64,000 bases of DNA from Candidatus Bathyarchaeota archaeon (GCA_963714275.1 CAVQNT010000006.1:96001-160000); one strand, 5' to 3'; shown: positions 39,891-50,858, numbered from the stretch's first letter. The notes: a model not told the origin generated them from the sequence alone. A program made the numbers and translations.

Positions 39891-40119
39891 TGGCTCTACA
39901 CCTCGAATAGAGGGACTATCATTGTGAATTAGAACCTTGTTATTATGCTCAGAATATCACCATATATATGCTGGTATAGACCTCGATGAACCCCCCATCC
40001 GATGTTTTAATCATTTCAACGGCAAAAAATAAAATCTATTATATGATTTTTAACAAAAAAATAGATACAACAAGCTTCTGTCACACGGTCCATCGAACTA
40101 TGCCCATTCCGCAGACCAT

Positions 40120-40419
40120 TCACCAATATAACGAACTAGTCTGCTTCCCAGCCAACACAGCTTCCGTTTCATCAGAGTCCAACGTTTTCTTGGTTCCGAG
40201 TTTGCAGTGCCAGTCGTAGCAGCAGAAGCGGACGAGTTTAACCTTTTTTCCTATGATGCCTTTTGGTAAAACCTCATTCGGGGTGCGGGATGAAAAGTTT
40301 GTTAGTTCAACGGTGAAGACGCATTTTTCCCATTTGCTTCCTTCATCGTCTGTCACTGATTCGCCCGTTTTTCTTACATCGACCGCGATTCCCTGTAGTT
40401 TCCTTGTTGTTTCCGTCAT
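40120..40419 (-). CDS. Hypothetical protein
   Basis: Clean 99-aa ORF upstream of and co-oriented with the cdv cluster; beta-rich; CCYDWH motif. Confidence 0.6.
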   Translation of the reverse strand: MTETTRKLQGIAVDVRKTGESVTDDEGSKWEKCVFTVELTNFSSRTPNEVLPKGIIGKKVKLVRFCCYDWHCKLGTKKTLDSDETEAVLAGKQTSSLYW

Positions 40420-40534
40420 TCTGGCTCATCTTTTCTGGATTAAAGAATAGGGATGTATTATGTTTTTTGAATCTTGACACCATGAATCGAGACCGAACGA
40501 ATGGGTTTGTATTTGAGACTCGATAGTTTTAAGT

Positions 40535-40849
40535 TTGGCTCAATCATCATCAATCAAGAGGTTTGCCACATTGCGGGATGTCACTCAAGGACAGCTACTT
40601 TTGGCGTTAAGCTTCGTGACTATGGTTCTCTACGTTTGGGCGCTTTTCCTCGCCCCCCAAGACATCCAGTTTCTGGGAAGAACGATAAGCGACTGGGCGC
40701 TGCTTATTCCTGTGATGATAATTGTTTTCCTTTTCCTCGTTGTGGTCGCATGGATAGGCTGGGCGATGGCAACCACCCCTCCACCGATTCCCCTACCAGG
40801 AAAAGAATCAAAAGACAACGATGAAAAAGAGAATAAGGGCACAGTTTAG
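40535..40849 (+). CDS. Small two-TM archaeal membrane protein (WIGxxxATTPPP type)
   Basis: Two hydrophobic helices followed by WIGWAMATTPPPIP and a charged tail. Confidence 0.7.
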   Translation: MAQSSSIKRFATLRDVTQGQLLLALSFVTMVLYVWALFLAPQDIQFLGRTISDWALLIPVMIIVFLFLVVVAWIGWAMATTPPPIPLPGKESKDNDEKENKGTV

Positions 40850-41382
40850 ACTACTATTGGACCCTCTTTGCGGTCGCCTTTTGCTGCATCAGCTGGCTGA
40901 CCCATTGGAATCTGTGGCGGAAAACGTGACCAGTGTTCGTGGATGAGCTTCCATTCTCCGTTGATTTTTGTCAGAAAAGCGGACACTCGTGACTGCACGT
41001 AAAAGTCCAAGTCTCGCATTTTGCCCCGATACCTGATAATGAACGTTGCGGCAGCTGAGTCTCCGAACACAGTGGTCTTCCACGACCTCGTCTCGTACTC
41101 GTATTCTTTAAGCACCTTCAACGCCTTGGCTTCGCTTGCTAATGCTTCGGATTCCTGAAGTTCATAAGGCGGCCAATCGTCAAACTTCGTGTACTTTTCT
41201 CTGTAAACAACGCCAGTTATAGCGTCGGCGTCTCTGTTTTTTAAGCCGTCTATGCGTCGAATCAGAACGTTTCGTATCAAATCATCAACCGTAAGATTCT
41301 GTGTAGAAACCATTCTGAATCCGCAGTACTGGCAGAAGTTCGTTGTTTCGCCAATTTCTTTTCCGCAGTTTGGACAGAACAT
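40846..41382 (-). CDS. Zinc-ribbon plus NTF2/SnoaL-like domain protein
   Basis: MFCPNCG..FCQYCG; FLTKINGEWKLIHEHWS. Confidence 0.8.
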   Translation of the reverse strand: MFCPNCGKEIGETTNFCQYCGFRMVSTQNLTVDDLIRNVLIRRIDGLKNRDADAITGVVYREKYTKFDDWPPYELQESEALASEAKALKVLKEYEYETRSWKTTVFGDSAAATFIIRYRGKMRDLDFYVQSRVSAFLTKINGEWKLIHEHWSRFPPQIPMGQPADAAKGDRKEGPIVV

Positions 41383-41548
41383 GTGTTTCGCCTATTGAAT
41401 TGGATGCACATCTTCTTCTAAACTTTTCTGAGGATTTTCGTTCTTCGTGCCCAAAAACTTCAGTCGTAAAAATTCGATAGTTTCATATGCCATGAAACAT
41501 TAAGATACTCCCAGCATAATTCTATGTGGAACATGGAGAGAAAGGGAT

Positions 41549-42818
41549 TTGGTAAAGTCTTCGCAAGTTTCAGGCTTCTATAAGCTCAGCATAGACGAAA
41601 GATTGAAAGTCATTAAGGACTTTGCTGGCTTAACCGACGAAGAAGCCAACCTCTTAAAGTCCACTGGCGGTCTGGAATTCGACTTAGCTGATCGCATGAT
41701 TGAAAACGTCATCGGTACCTTTCCCTTGCCCTTAGGGATAGCAGTAAACTTCCAAATCAATGGCAAAGAATACCTTATTCCGATGGCGATTGAGGAACCT
41801 TCCGTTGTCGCTGCGGCAAGCTTACTCAGCCAAGATGGCTAGAAGCCAAGGTGGATTCTTCACAAGCAGCACCGAACCCATCATGAGAGGACAAATTCAA
41901 ACAGTGAAGGTTCCAGACCCGTACAGAGCGAAAATGGCTGTATTGAAAGCTAAAGAAGAGATTCTGAAGAAAGCCAACGACCAAGATCCCCTTCTGGTTT
42001 CAGTTGGTGGCGGCGCGAAAGACGTACAAGTAAAGGTGATTGACACGCCCCGCGGTCAAATGGTAATCACGGAGTTGCTTGTCGACTGCAGGGACGCGAT
42101 GGGCGCAAACGCTGTCAACACGATGGCTGAAGCAGTCGCCCCCATGATTGAACGAATAACAAAAGGCAAAGTGTTCCTGAGAATCATCTCGAACCTTGCT
42201 ACAGAACGGCTGGCCAGGGCATGGACCGTTATCGACAAGGAGGCTGTAGGCGGAGAAGAAGTTGTCGACGGCATTCTTGAGGCTTACGCGTTCGCAGCTG
42301 GAGACCCTTACAGGGCTTCAACCCACAACAAAGGCATTCTTAACGGTATAATCGGAGTCGTCATTGCCACATGCAACGACCACAGAGCTGTCGAGGCTGG
42401 AGCTCATGCCTACGCTGCGAGGACAGGACGCTACATGCCGCTTTCGATTTGGGAAAAGGACGAGAACGGGGACCTCGTTGGGTCGATTGAGCTCCCGATG
42501 GCTGTGGGAACCATAGGCGGAGCCACGAAGGTTCATCCCGTTGCCCGAGTAGCCTTAAAGATTTTAGGCGTCAAATCAGCCCGAGAACTAGGCGAGGTTA
42601 TGGCAGCTGTTGGGTTAGCTCAAAACCTCGGCGCGTTGAGAGCTCTTGCCCACGAAGGAATCCAGAGAGGTCACATGTCTCTTCACGCTCGGAACATCGC
42701 GGTCATGGCTGGCGCAACCAGGAACCTTATTGATTTAGTCGCTGAAAAAATGGTCGCAGAAAAGAAGATCAGAATGGATAGGGCGAAAGAGCTGCTGGAA
42801 GAACTAAAAACCAAGTAG
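41549..42818 (+). CDS. hmgA: HMG-CoA reductase, class II; frameshift near 41820
   Basis: [36 protein letters not shown]. Confidence 0.93.
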
Positions 42819-42860
42819 CATAGCTGAATGTTCGGACGTCTGGTTAAAGAGGATAATAAT

Positions 42861-43907
42861 GTGGAGACCATTTTCTTTCTTGTTTCAGGAGAAAACCAGA
42901 CTCTGCCCTTCTCTGAGGTTAAAGCGATTCTTGAAGCAGAAGGGTTCGCCTACGAGGTTTTAGAGGGTTTTCCGCAGGTTCTCCGAGTTCATTCTGACAG
43001 CGGATGCCTAGAAGCGGTTCAGCGTAGGGCTTCCATGACGAGAATCTGCGGCGTTGAAGCCTTCAATTGCCAAGCCGAAATGAAAGAGATAAACAGAAAC
43101 GTCGAAGAAGCCGACATCGCTTCGTACATAGGCGAAAACGAGAGATTCGCTGTCCGCGTGAAAAGGGTAAGGGGAAGCTCCAGCGACATTAAGACGGAAA
43201 CGTTGGAGAAAGAACTTGGCGAAAAATTGTTAGGAAAAATAGAGAGAACAAGGGTTGACCTCAAATTTCCTCAGAAAACCTTTATCGGTTTGTTGTCAGG
43301 CGGTAGTTTCCTTTTCGGGCTGATGAAAGTGGAAATTAGGGCTAAGGGCTTCATTAAGCGTGGATCTAAAGGAAAAGTTTTTACTCACTCCGCGGAGATG
43401 CCGCCTAAGCTTTCGAGATGCATGGTTAACCTTGCTCAGCCTAGAAGCGAAGACGTTGTCCTTGACCCTTTCTGCGGAACCGGAAGCTTCCTTCTCGAAG
43501 CCAGTCTCATTGGTTGCCGAGTTCTGGGATTCGATGTTTTAAGGTCCATGGTTAGAGGAAGCTTAATGAACCTTTTCATCTTCAACGTAAATTCCGAAGG
43601 ATTAATGGTTGCAGACGCTCAGAGCCTTCCGCTTCGCGACGGGACGGTGGACTGCATCGTTACTGACCCTCCGTACGGGATCTCGGCGACGACGCTTGGG
43701 CTTGGAAGGCGGGAAGTGTTTGAAGGGTTTCTTTCAGCTGCTGCCAAGCTGGTCAAGAAAGGACATAGAATATGTGTGGCATCTCCAGAGACTGTTCAGG
43801 TTAAGGAGATTGGGGAGAGATTAGGCTTTAAGCACGTCGAGTCACACTTTATTTATATTCACCGGAGCTTAACCCGGGAAATCGCCGTCTTTCAGCTGCC
43901 ATGGTGA
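42861..43907 (+). CDS. THUMP-domain tRNA (guanine-10-N2) methyltransferase, Trm11-like
   Basis: THUMP (FAVRVKR, VDLKFP), LDPFCGTGS, IVTDPPYG. Confidence 0.85.
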   Translation: METIFFLVSGENQTLPFSEVKAILEAEGFAYEVLEGFPQVLRVHSDSGCLEAVQRRASMTRICGVEAFNCQAEMKEINRNVEEADIASYIGENERFAVRVKRVRGSSSDIKTETLEKELGEKLLGKIERTRVDLKFPQKTFIGLLSGGSFLFGLMKVEIRAKGFIKRGSKGKVFTHSAEMPPKLSRCMVNLAQPRSEDVVLDPFCGTGSFLLEASLIGCRVLGFDVLRSMVRGSLMNLFIFNVNSEGLMVADAQSLPLRDGTVDCIVTDPPYGISATTLGLGRREVFEGFLSAAAKLVKKGHRICVASPETVQVKEIGERLGFKHVESHFIYIHRSLTREIAVFQLPW

Positions 43908-44839
43908 CTGGTCCGATGAGCTTACAGATCACGTTTCTGGGAACTGCTGCGAGCATCCCCACCTCGACGCGGGCTCTTTCCTCCGTGGCTGTTCAACGCC
44001 AGGGTGAACTATTCCTTTTTGACTGCGGCGAGGGCACACAGAAACAGATGATTCAGGCGAAAATAGGTTTCAACCGCAAAACAAAAGTTTTCGTAACCCA
44101 CATGCATGGGGACCACGTTTTGGGGTTGCCGGGGCTGCTTCAAACCATGTCGCTGCTTGGAAGAGACAAGCCCATCCAGATTTTTGGACCCAAAGGCACA
44201 ATGAACTTTATAGAGGCAATGATATCAACCGTCGAATTCTCGCTCTACTTCCCAATCGAGGTATGCGAAATGGAGAACGAAGGACTGGTCATAAAAACAA
44301 AAGAATACGAAGTCCACGCAGCATGGGCGGAACACTCAGTCCCATGTCTGGCTTACGCGTTAACCGAGAAACCACGGGCAGGCAAGTTCCATCCCGAAAA
44401 AGCAGCTGCCCTCGGAGTGCCCAAAGGACCATTGTGGCACACATTGCAGGATGGTAAAAAGATTAAACTCATAAACGGACGGACTGTCAAGCCGCAGGAG
44501 GTGCTGGACCCGCCTAGGCTTGGAAGAAAAATCGTGATCGTCGGAGACACGAAGCCCTCAGACAACATAGCCAGACTTGCACGAGGTGCGGATGTTCTTG
44601 TCCACGAAGCCACCTTCGCCGAAGAACTCATTGAAAGAGCTGAGGAGGATTTGCACTCGACGCCCAGTGGGGCAGCCTCAGTCGCAAAAAAAGCCCGTGT
44701 CAAGCGTCTCGTCTTGACTCATGTTAGCGCCCGTTACGGAGACCCTAAAGTTCTCCTTGAAGAAGCAAGAAAAGTTTTTCCGAACACGGTTATGGCTGAA
44801 GATTTCATGAAAATTGAGGTTCCGCTGAAAGAACCCTAA
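43901..44839 (+). CDS. rnz: Ribonuclease Z
   Basis: FLGT, FDCGEGTQ, THMHGDH, GP-rich exosite, GDT, HEATF, HST, LTHVSARY. Confidence 0.95.
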   Translation: MVTGPMSLQITFLGTAASIPTSTRALSSVAVQRQGELFLFDCGEGTQKQMIQAKIGFNRKTKVFVTHMHGDHVLGLPGLLQTMSLLGRDKPIQIFGPKGTMNFIEAMISTVEFSLYFPIEVCEMENEGLVIKTKEYEVHAAWAEHSVPCLAYALTEKPRAGKFHPEKAAALGVPKGPLWHTLQDGKKIKLINGRTVKPQEVLDPPRLGRKIVIVGDTKPSDNIARLARGADVLVHEATFAEELIERAEEDLHSTPSGAASVAKKARVKRLVLTHVSARYGDPKVLLEEARKVFPNTVMAEDFMKIEVPLKEP

Positions 44840-45619
44840 GCATCATTCAATAGCGTCTTAAGCTTCTGGATGCTTTCTTCCACGTTTTTTGCTGATTCTA
44901 CGACCAACGTTCCCTTGAAATCGATTTTTTTGAAGGCGCGGACGGTTTTTTGCCAGTCTATGTTTCCGTCTCCTAACCCAAGGTGCTCATCGGTTTTTCC
45001 GTGGTTGTCATGCAGGTGCGCGTGGACGATTCTTTCTGGGAGCTTCTCAAAGAATTCGTTGATTTGGCTGTTCACATTGGCATGCCCAAGGTCAAAGGTT
45101 ATGCCCAAATTAGTCTCGCCTAGGTCCTTGTAGAAGCACATAAAATCGTCTGCTGTTTTCATAAGAAACGGAAGGGGATGAAGCCCGTTCTCGATAGTTG
45201 CGTTGACGCCAAATTCCTGTGCAGCCGAAAGCAAATCACGGATGGATTCAAGGTTTAGCTCCCAATCCAAGCCCTGTGCGAAGTGACTGTTTCCCATATG
45301 CAATCCGGGATGGAAGACCCAGTAGTTTGAGCCGAGCTCGCTCGAAAATTTCAGCGACCGCTTAAGGCGTGCGAGGACAGACTATTCTGGCGGGTTTAGA
45401 GTGTAACGCGATGTTTACGTCGATGAATGGGGCGTGAACCGAGGTCGTGAATCCTCTTTTCTTTATAATTTTCTCTAGGGATTCCACGCGGGTTTCGTCT
45501 AGCGCGTGGTGTCCGTCGTCCACGATTTCGACATTTTCCGCGTCGACGGTCTCGAGTTCTTTCAGCATATCTGCGAAGGGTAGCTCGTAACAGTAAAGCG
45601 TTGACAAGCCGATTTTCAA
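44836..45619 (-). CDS. Sugar phosphate isomerase/epimerase (AP endonuclease 2 TIM barrel) family; frameshift near 45400
   Basis: SVHAPF, VFHPG (between the two ORFs), IEN, FDLGHA, HLHDN..DEHL.LGDG.IDW. Confidence 0.85.
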
Positions 45620-45632
45620 TTTTTATGGTCTC

Positions 45633-46049
45633 CTATGGTTTGGGTGTTTTCGGGGTCAGCCAATCGATGAGTTTCCGTGGGTTGTCGCATTGAACCTCGA
45701 CCTGGATGGGTCCAAGCGGCGATTCTCCTTCGGGCTGAGAGAACGATATGTGCCCTGCGTATGCGACTTGCTTGTTAAGGTAAAAGGTTATTGTGTTCCC
45801 GCCTAGTCCGCTGAGAAGCACCCTTCTGGCTGCGTCCCGAATTCTTTCTTTCCTCAAAAGCTCTTGGAAAGCCGAAAGCTGCTCGAGCCCTTCTGCGGTT
45901 CCCTTAAGGTAAGTTCGGTCTTTTTCGTCTATTTTTTCTAGATGAATTGGTCCAAGAACCCTTTGAACTGCAACCTGAACTTTGTTTGAATCCTCTGTTG
46001 GATTAACCTCCACATCAACATAGATTTTTACATTTCCAGATTCGCTCAT
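45633..46049 (-). CDS. Putative RNA-binding protein (DUF54/COG1931)
   Basis: VNPTED..KV, IRDAAR, LNKQVAYAG, SPLGPI. Confidence 0.8.
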   Translation of the reverse strand: MSESGNVKIYVDVEVNPTEDSNKVQVAVQRVLGPIHLEKIDEKDRTYLKGTAEGLEQLSAFQELLRKERIRDAARRVLLSGLGGNTITFYLNKQVAYAGHISFSQPEGESPLGPIQVEVQCDNPRKLIDWLTPKTPKP

Positions 46050-46600
46050 ACTATGAACTCCTTGTTGAGAATTTTCCGTAGTTTTTGTTTAAAAGCTTCT
46101 TTTGTTCCTTCGTTGACGACCATTATGTCGGCTGTCGCGATGACGCAGCCGAGTCCCACGCTTAGTTCACGCTGGTCCCGTTCGTTAAACACTTTCCAGC
46201 CTTTAGGGTCGTCGCTCCTATTCCTTGTAACTAAGCGTTCAAACCTTGTCTTCGGAGACGCGTGGACTGCGATTATTTTCAAGTCTGTATGTTCGTTTTT
46301 GTATTCCGCAACTTCGTCTGGGCTTCGGATACCATCGATGACCACGATTTTCGAGTTTAAGGCTTCGATTTTGGGCAGACACCTTATGGCCAAGACTCCA
46401 GGTCCTTCTTCTGCCCTTAGTCTAAGCATGGTTTTTCCGAGGTTTTCAGGAGTGGGAGGCAAGCCTTTCCGTTCAGCTTCAGCTCTGACCTCGTCGCCCA
46501 TGGTAACTATTGGGAAGCCGAGTTCCCGGAAGACTTCTCGGACAACGTCTTTTCCTGCTCCGGGCATCCCGGTTACGCCGATAACGGTTTTCTTTGTCAC
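46046..46600 (-). CDS. Archaeal dephospho-CoA kinase-like P-loop kinase
   Basis: GMPGAGK, MGDEVR, IDGIRS, RNRSDD, RDQREL. Confidence 0.8.
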   Translation of the reverse strand: MTKKTVIGVTGMPGAGKDVVREVFRELGFPIVTMGDEVRAEAERKGLPPTPENLGKTMLRLRAEEGPGVLAIRCLPKIEALNSKIVVIDGIRSPDEVAEYKNEHTDLKIIAVHASPKTRFERLVTRNRSDDPKGWKVFNERDQRELSVGLGCVIATADIMVVNEGTKEAFKQKLRKILNKEFIV

Positions 46601-46761
46601 TTTCCTTGCTCGACCTTCCTGAAAGCGTCTAAACCTTTTTTGGTATCCATTATTGGACTTCTTTTTGTTTAATATTGTGTGATGTTAAATAAATTTTAAT
46701 ATATGCAGTCTGCGGTAAGGTTATAACGACGCAATTATTCAAGGGCAGGTTTTGGTTTGGT

Positions 46762-47328
46762 ATGGAGATGATTCGCAGTTTCGTAGCTTTCGACATCAGC
46801 GAAGCCTCGGTTCTGAACAACCTTTCCAGGGTTCAAGACGTGCTTTTGGGAACGGACGCGGACCTTAAGCTCGTTAAACCTGAAAACGTTCATATGACCT
46901 TAAGGTTCCTCGGGGATGTTACTCTGGAAATGGTTGACTTGGTTCACCGCGAAATGGAACAAGTCCAGTTTGCACCGTTCGAGGTTAAGATTGAAGGAAC
47001 CGGGGTCTTCCCGAATCCCAAGCACATAAGCGTCATTTGGGCAGGCATACGTCAAGGAGCCAACGAGTCGAGAGCAATCTTCGACCAGCTGGAGCCTAGG
47101 CTGCAGACTCTAGGATTTAAACCAGACTATAAGGGCTTCAGTCCCCATTTGACGATTGCCCGTGTTAGAACAGGAAGAAACAGGGATGCTTTGGTTGAAA
47201 AATTGAGGAGTCTGGAAGGTTTCGAGTTCGGTTCAGTTAAGGCTGAATGTTTACGGTTGAAGAAAAGTGTTCTCTCACCTCAGGGACCAGTATATTCGGT
47301 TCTGCGGGAAACTTGCCATAAAACCTGA
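46762..47328 (+). CDS. thpR: RNA 2',3'-cyclic phosphodiesterase (2H family)
   Basis: Two HxT motifs: HMTLRFLG and PHLTIARV. Confidence 0.92.
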   Translation: MEMIRSFVAFDISEASVLNNLSRVQDVLLGTDADLKLVKPENVHMTLRFLGDVTLEMVDLVHREMEQVQFAPFEVKIEGTGVFPNPKHISVIWAGIRQGANESRAIFDQLEPRLQTLGFKPDYKGFSPHLTIARVRTGRNRDALVEKLRSLEGFEFGSVKAECLRLKKSVLSPQGPVYSVLRETCHKT

Positions 47329-47358
47329 CAAACGATCCAAGTCTTGGAGTAGAATTGC

Positions 47359-48789
47359 ATGAGCCTGAAGGAAAATCGAGCGAAAATTCAGAAAGTATGC
47401 AAGCAGGTTCTTCGTAAAGCCACTCCTAACGCAAAGGAAAAAGAGAAAACTGAACGTTTTTCACAAAAATTGGTGGCTAAGCTTCAGTGGGAGTCTCAAA
47501 AAGCTGGGTTAGACGCGGAATCTCACGTTGAGGGTTCGGTTGCCAAGGACACGTGGCTTGCTGACGAGAAGGATATTGACCTTTTTGTTCTTGCGCCTAA
47601 GGGCCTCGGCAGAGAAGCCTTCGTGAAGGTGTTGGACGTCGCGAAGAAGGTTGCTGGAAAAAAGTTTTTGGAGGCTTACGCAGAGCATCCTTACGTCAAG
47701 GCTGAGGTTGAAGGCTTCACCGTTGATTTTGTTCCGTGCTTTAAGGTTGAGTCCGCTGGGCAGGCTGAGTCTTCCGTGGACAGAACTCCGTTCCACACCA
47801 AGTATGTTAAGAGCCACTTGTCCGAGGAAGCCAAGAAAGAGGTTCGTTTGCTGAAAAGGTTCATGCGGGGCATAGGCACCTACGGGGCGGAAATAAGGGT
47901 CGGAGGTTTCAGCGGCTATTTGTGCGAAGTTCTCGTCATGCATTATGGAGGTTTCCTTGGTCTGTTGGAAGCCACCGCGGACTGGGGAGAAACCGTAATC
48001 ATCGACTTGGAAAACTATTATAAAGGTCAAGAAGCGGAAATCCGAAAGGTTTTTCATGAGCCTCTTGTTGTCGTGGACGTGGTGGACAAGGGAAGAAACG
48101 TCGCCTCAGCTGTCAAGCCAGAAAGGCTTTACGAGTTCATCGCTGCGTCGAGGCAGTTCTTGAAGGCTCCAATCTTTAGATTTTTCTATCCTGAACCTGT
48201 TGAACCTTTAGCTTTTGACGAGTTTTCCCGAACAATGGAGTCAAGGGGAACAACCTTGGTTTTACTAAAAACGGCGGCTATTAAAGCTGTGCCTGACGTG
48301 CTTTGGGGGCAGCTGTACAGGTCCCAAAAGGCGTTGTCGAAAATGGTTTCTGGGCGTGGCTTCAGCGTTGTTCGCGACGCGGTTTGGAGCGACGAAAAAA
48401 CTGTGGACGTCTTTGTTTTCGAGCTAGGTTCCCGTTATCTACCCGCGGTCGAAAGGCATGCTGGTCCGCCCGTAACGAAGAAAGATGATTGCGAAAAGTT
48501 TCTGGCGAAGTATACGGAGTCCGCTGAGGTGTTGTCGGGTCCTAGGGTTGATGGCGACAAGTGGATTGTTGATAGGCGGAGAAAATATACGGATGTTGTT
48601 GAGCTTTTTCGAGAGAAACTGGGGGACGGCGGGAAAGACTTGGGGTTAGCGAGCCAGGTTTCGGAGGCTTTCTCGTCTTCTTTCAAGGTTTTGGTGAACA
48701 GCGAAGTCAAAAGCTTCTATCAGCGCAATCGTGGTTTCAGCGTGTTCTTGACAGAGTTCCTTGTTGGCAAGCCAAGATGGCTACAATGA
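47359..48789 (+). CDS. cca: CCA-adding tRNA nucleotidyltransferase (class I)
   Basis: GSVAKDTWL..DIDLF, YAEHPY, VDRTPFH, YGAE..GFSGYLCE. Confidence 0.95.
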   Translation: MSLKENRAKIQKVCKQVLRKATPNAKEKEKTERFSQKLVAKLQWESQKAGLDAESHVEGSVAKDTWLADEKDIDLFVLAPKGLGREAFVKVLDVAKKVAGKKFLEAYAEHPYVKAEVEGFTVDFVPCFKVESAGQAESSVDRTPFHTKYVKSHLSEEAKKEVRLLKRFMRGIGTYGAEIRVGGFSGYLCEVLVMHYGGFLGLLEATADWGETVIIDLENYYKGQEAEIRKVFHEPLVVVDVVDKGRNVASAVKPERLYEFIAASRQFLKAPIFRFFYPEPVEPLAFDEFSRTMESRGTTLVLLKTAAIKAVPDVLWGQLYRSQKALSKMVSGRGFSVVRDAVWSDEKTVDVFVFELGSRYLPAVERHAGPPVTKKDDCEKFLAKYTESAEVLSGPRVDGDKWIVDRRRKYTDVVELFREKLGDGGKDLGLASQVSEAFSSSFKVLVNSEVKSFYQRNRGFSVFLTEFLVGKPRWLQ

Positions 48790-48855
48790 ATTGCATAAGT
48801 CTTCTGAATTATTAAATCTCCACGTTCTTGGAAGAAGCGAACTGAGAGTGAACTG

Positions 48856-49619
48856 ATGGACAAATTTGTTCCCCTGGACAATCTCGAAAAGGAAGGTTAC
48901 GCACACATCCTTTGTTACCCGAAGGTTGATGCTGAAGAATTGGGTAGACGGTTGGCTGAGATGAAACAGCTCAGCGTAGAAGCATTATCTTTCAGGGGAG
49001 ACAAGAAAGTCAACAACGTCCAAGTTCTGGGGAAAGGCTACGTTGGAATCGTGGTCCTAGCCAAAACCAGATCGGGACCAGCTGCGCTGAAGATTCGAAG
49101 AACCGACTCGGGCAGAACAGGGATGGGACATGAAGCCAAAATTTTGGAGAAGGCGAACTCTGTTGACATTGGTCCGAAGCTGCTGGGTTGCTCCGAGAAC
49201 CTTCTTTTGATGGAGTTTGTTGACGGTCAGCCTTTTCCAAAGTGGGTCGAAGGCGTTGCGGAAACGGAGGACACTCGGATGATTGCGAAAAAGGTTTTGA
49301 AGGAAATTTTGGAGCAATGCTGGAGGCTTGATAAAATCGGTGTCGATCATGGGGAGTCAGCAACGCGCCAAAACACATTGTTGTACGCGGCGACGGCGGA
49401 GTCTGCATCTTAGATTTTGAGTCAGCCAGCGTCCAAAGAAGAGTCTCGAACGTGACCTCAGTGTGCCACTACCTTTTCATGAAGGGGTCAATTGCCGAGA
49501 CTGTCAGAAAAAAGGTTGTGGACGTAAATTCGGATTCTCTTCTTAATGCTTTGAAGGCTTACAAAGAAAATCGCGCAAAAAACAATTTTGAAAGAATCCT
49601 GAAGCTTTGTTTGTTCTAG
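48856..49619 (+). CDS. Archaeal Ser/Thr protein kinase (RIO-like, COG2112 type); frameshift near 49355
   Basis: LGKGYVGIV, ALKIRR, LMEFVDG, DHGE; shifted frame SNAPKHIVV..ILDFESAS..SNVTS. Confidence 0.85.
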
Positions 49620-49660
49620 GGTTCATGATTTACAATGTGGCTTTCTATTTGGAAGCTAAG

Positions 49661-49858
49661 TTATATTTCCTTTATTTCGCATTTCAGCTTCTTGAAGACT
49701 TCGTCTGTCTTTTTGGGTTCGATCTTCAACGTGAAAAGCTCATTTTTAGTTCTGAGCTTAAGTTTCGTCATGTTCTTTGCCTTCTTCACACGGCAGTACT
49801 CCGCCTTCTCAGACAACCGAACAAACTCGTCAACGTCCAAAACTTCAACAGGCAACAT
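49661..49858 (-). CDS. rpl38e: 50S ribosomal protein L38e
   Basis: PVEVLDVDEF..CRVKK..TKLKLRT..LFTLK; GGAGGT RBS. Confidence 0.8.
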   Translation of the reverse strand: MLPVEVLDVDEFVRLSEKAEYCRVKKAKNMTKLKLRTKNELFTLKIEPKKTDEVFKKLKCEIKEI

Positions 49859-50083
49859 TCCGACCTCCTTCAAACATTCCTCGATCTAGACGGGAATCCA
49901 TCATTATTTCATTCATTACACACGGTTCAAAGAGTGTCCTAAACACTCACTTAATGAAGAAATCCTCATTCTAATACAAAAAACAACTTAATAAACCTTA
50001 AAAAAACTGTCCAATTTTTTACGCGACCAGAAACATTGAAAAAAGCTTCCAGAACATTCGTTTTTGTTTTTTAACAACGTCTT

Positions 50084-50704
50084 CTAGGAGCCTGTCATGG
50101 AGGAGCTGGACCGTCTTTTATAAAAGTATAATCCGATTGAGATCGCAGCTATCACGGCTATGATCGCTCCGAAGAACACGTACATGAAATACCACGGTAT
50201 CGGGTCAAAAACGGTGAAGGTTTCGATGCTGTCCTCAAAATCTGGAAGAAATTGCTGATACTCGGTCGTGATGGCGGCGTACGTTACGACGTACACCCTC
50301 AGGTTTCTGACCAGCATGACCTGCTTGATCATGAAATCGTACCCTTGCGTGGTGATGTGGGTAACAATCTCGTATGCGGTGATGCCTTTGACGACTCTTC
50401 TCGACTCGGAAATGATAAAAAAACTGTCAAACAACGATGGATACTGGTCCTTGACGGCTGTAGCCAACTCCGCCAATGTCATGTCAGACGATAGGGATTG
50501 AACAACGACGTTAATCAATACTGTCTCATTTTCCACTGTTGGCTCGTAGAAGGCTACGACAGTACCCGACACCGTGTCATCAACAGTCCACCCTGAAGGC
50601 TCGTCAATTGAAAATCTGTTTTCATCGTTCGTGTAAGCCCGTACAGACCCCACCGAAACACAGAACAAAACGATAACAAGTGCAACTATTAACGCTTTCC
50701 TCAT
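50084..50704 (-). CDS. PsbP/DcrB-like secreted protein with C-terminal TM anchor
   Basis: Signal peptide MRKALIVAL..., YTNDENRFSIDEPSGW, VYVVTYAA..FEDSIETF, C-terminal TM. Confidence 0.7.
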   Translation of the reverse strand: MRKALIVALVIVLFCVSVGSVRAYTNDENRFSIDEPSGWTVDDTVSGTVVAFYEPTVENETVLINVVVQSLSSDMTLAELATAVKDQYPSLFDSFFIISESRRVVKGITAYEIVTHITTQGYDFMIKQVMLVRNLRVYVVTYAAITTEYQQFLPDFEDSIETFTVFDPIPWYFMYVFFGAIIAVIAAISIGLYFYKRRSSSSMTGS

Positions 50705-50858
50705 TTCCAGAACCCTCTTCACGCACCTAATTCCATAATATTTCAGGAATTCTCTTAATAGCCTTATTTCATCCTCTCGAAATTGAAAAGCCACTGTTTT
50801 GTTGTTCAAACTGCATTTTCGGATGATGAACAAAATAGACCTGACGAAAATATGCTCT

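Noticed and set aside
39959-39971. ACCATATWTATGC shared upstream of the cdv cluster and ftsZ (52350-52362) as a cell-cycle box
   Set aside because: The core is simply TATA-like, orientation relative to the genes differs, and it is absent before the orphan ESCRT-III gene
50822-50844. Box C (ATGATGA) plus 11 nt plus CTGA as a C/D sRNA
   Set aside because: Only one box pair; the second pair is absent on either side
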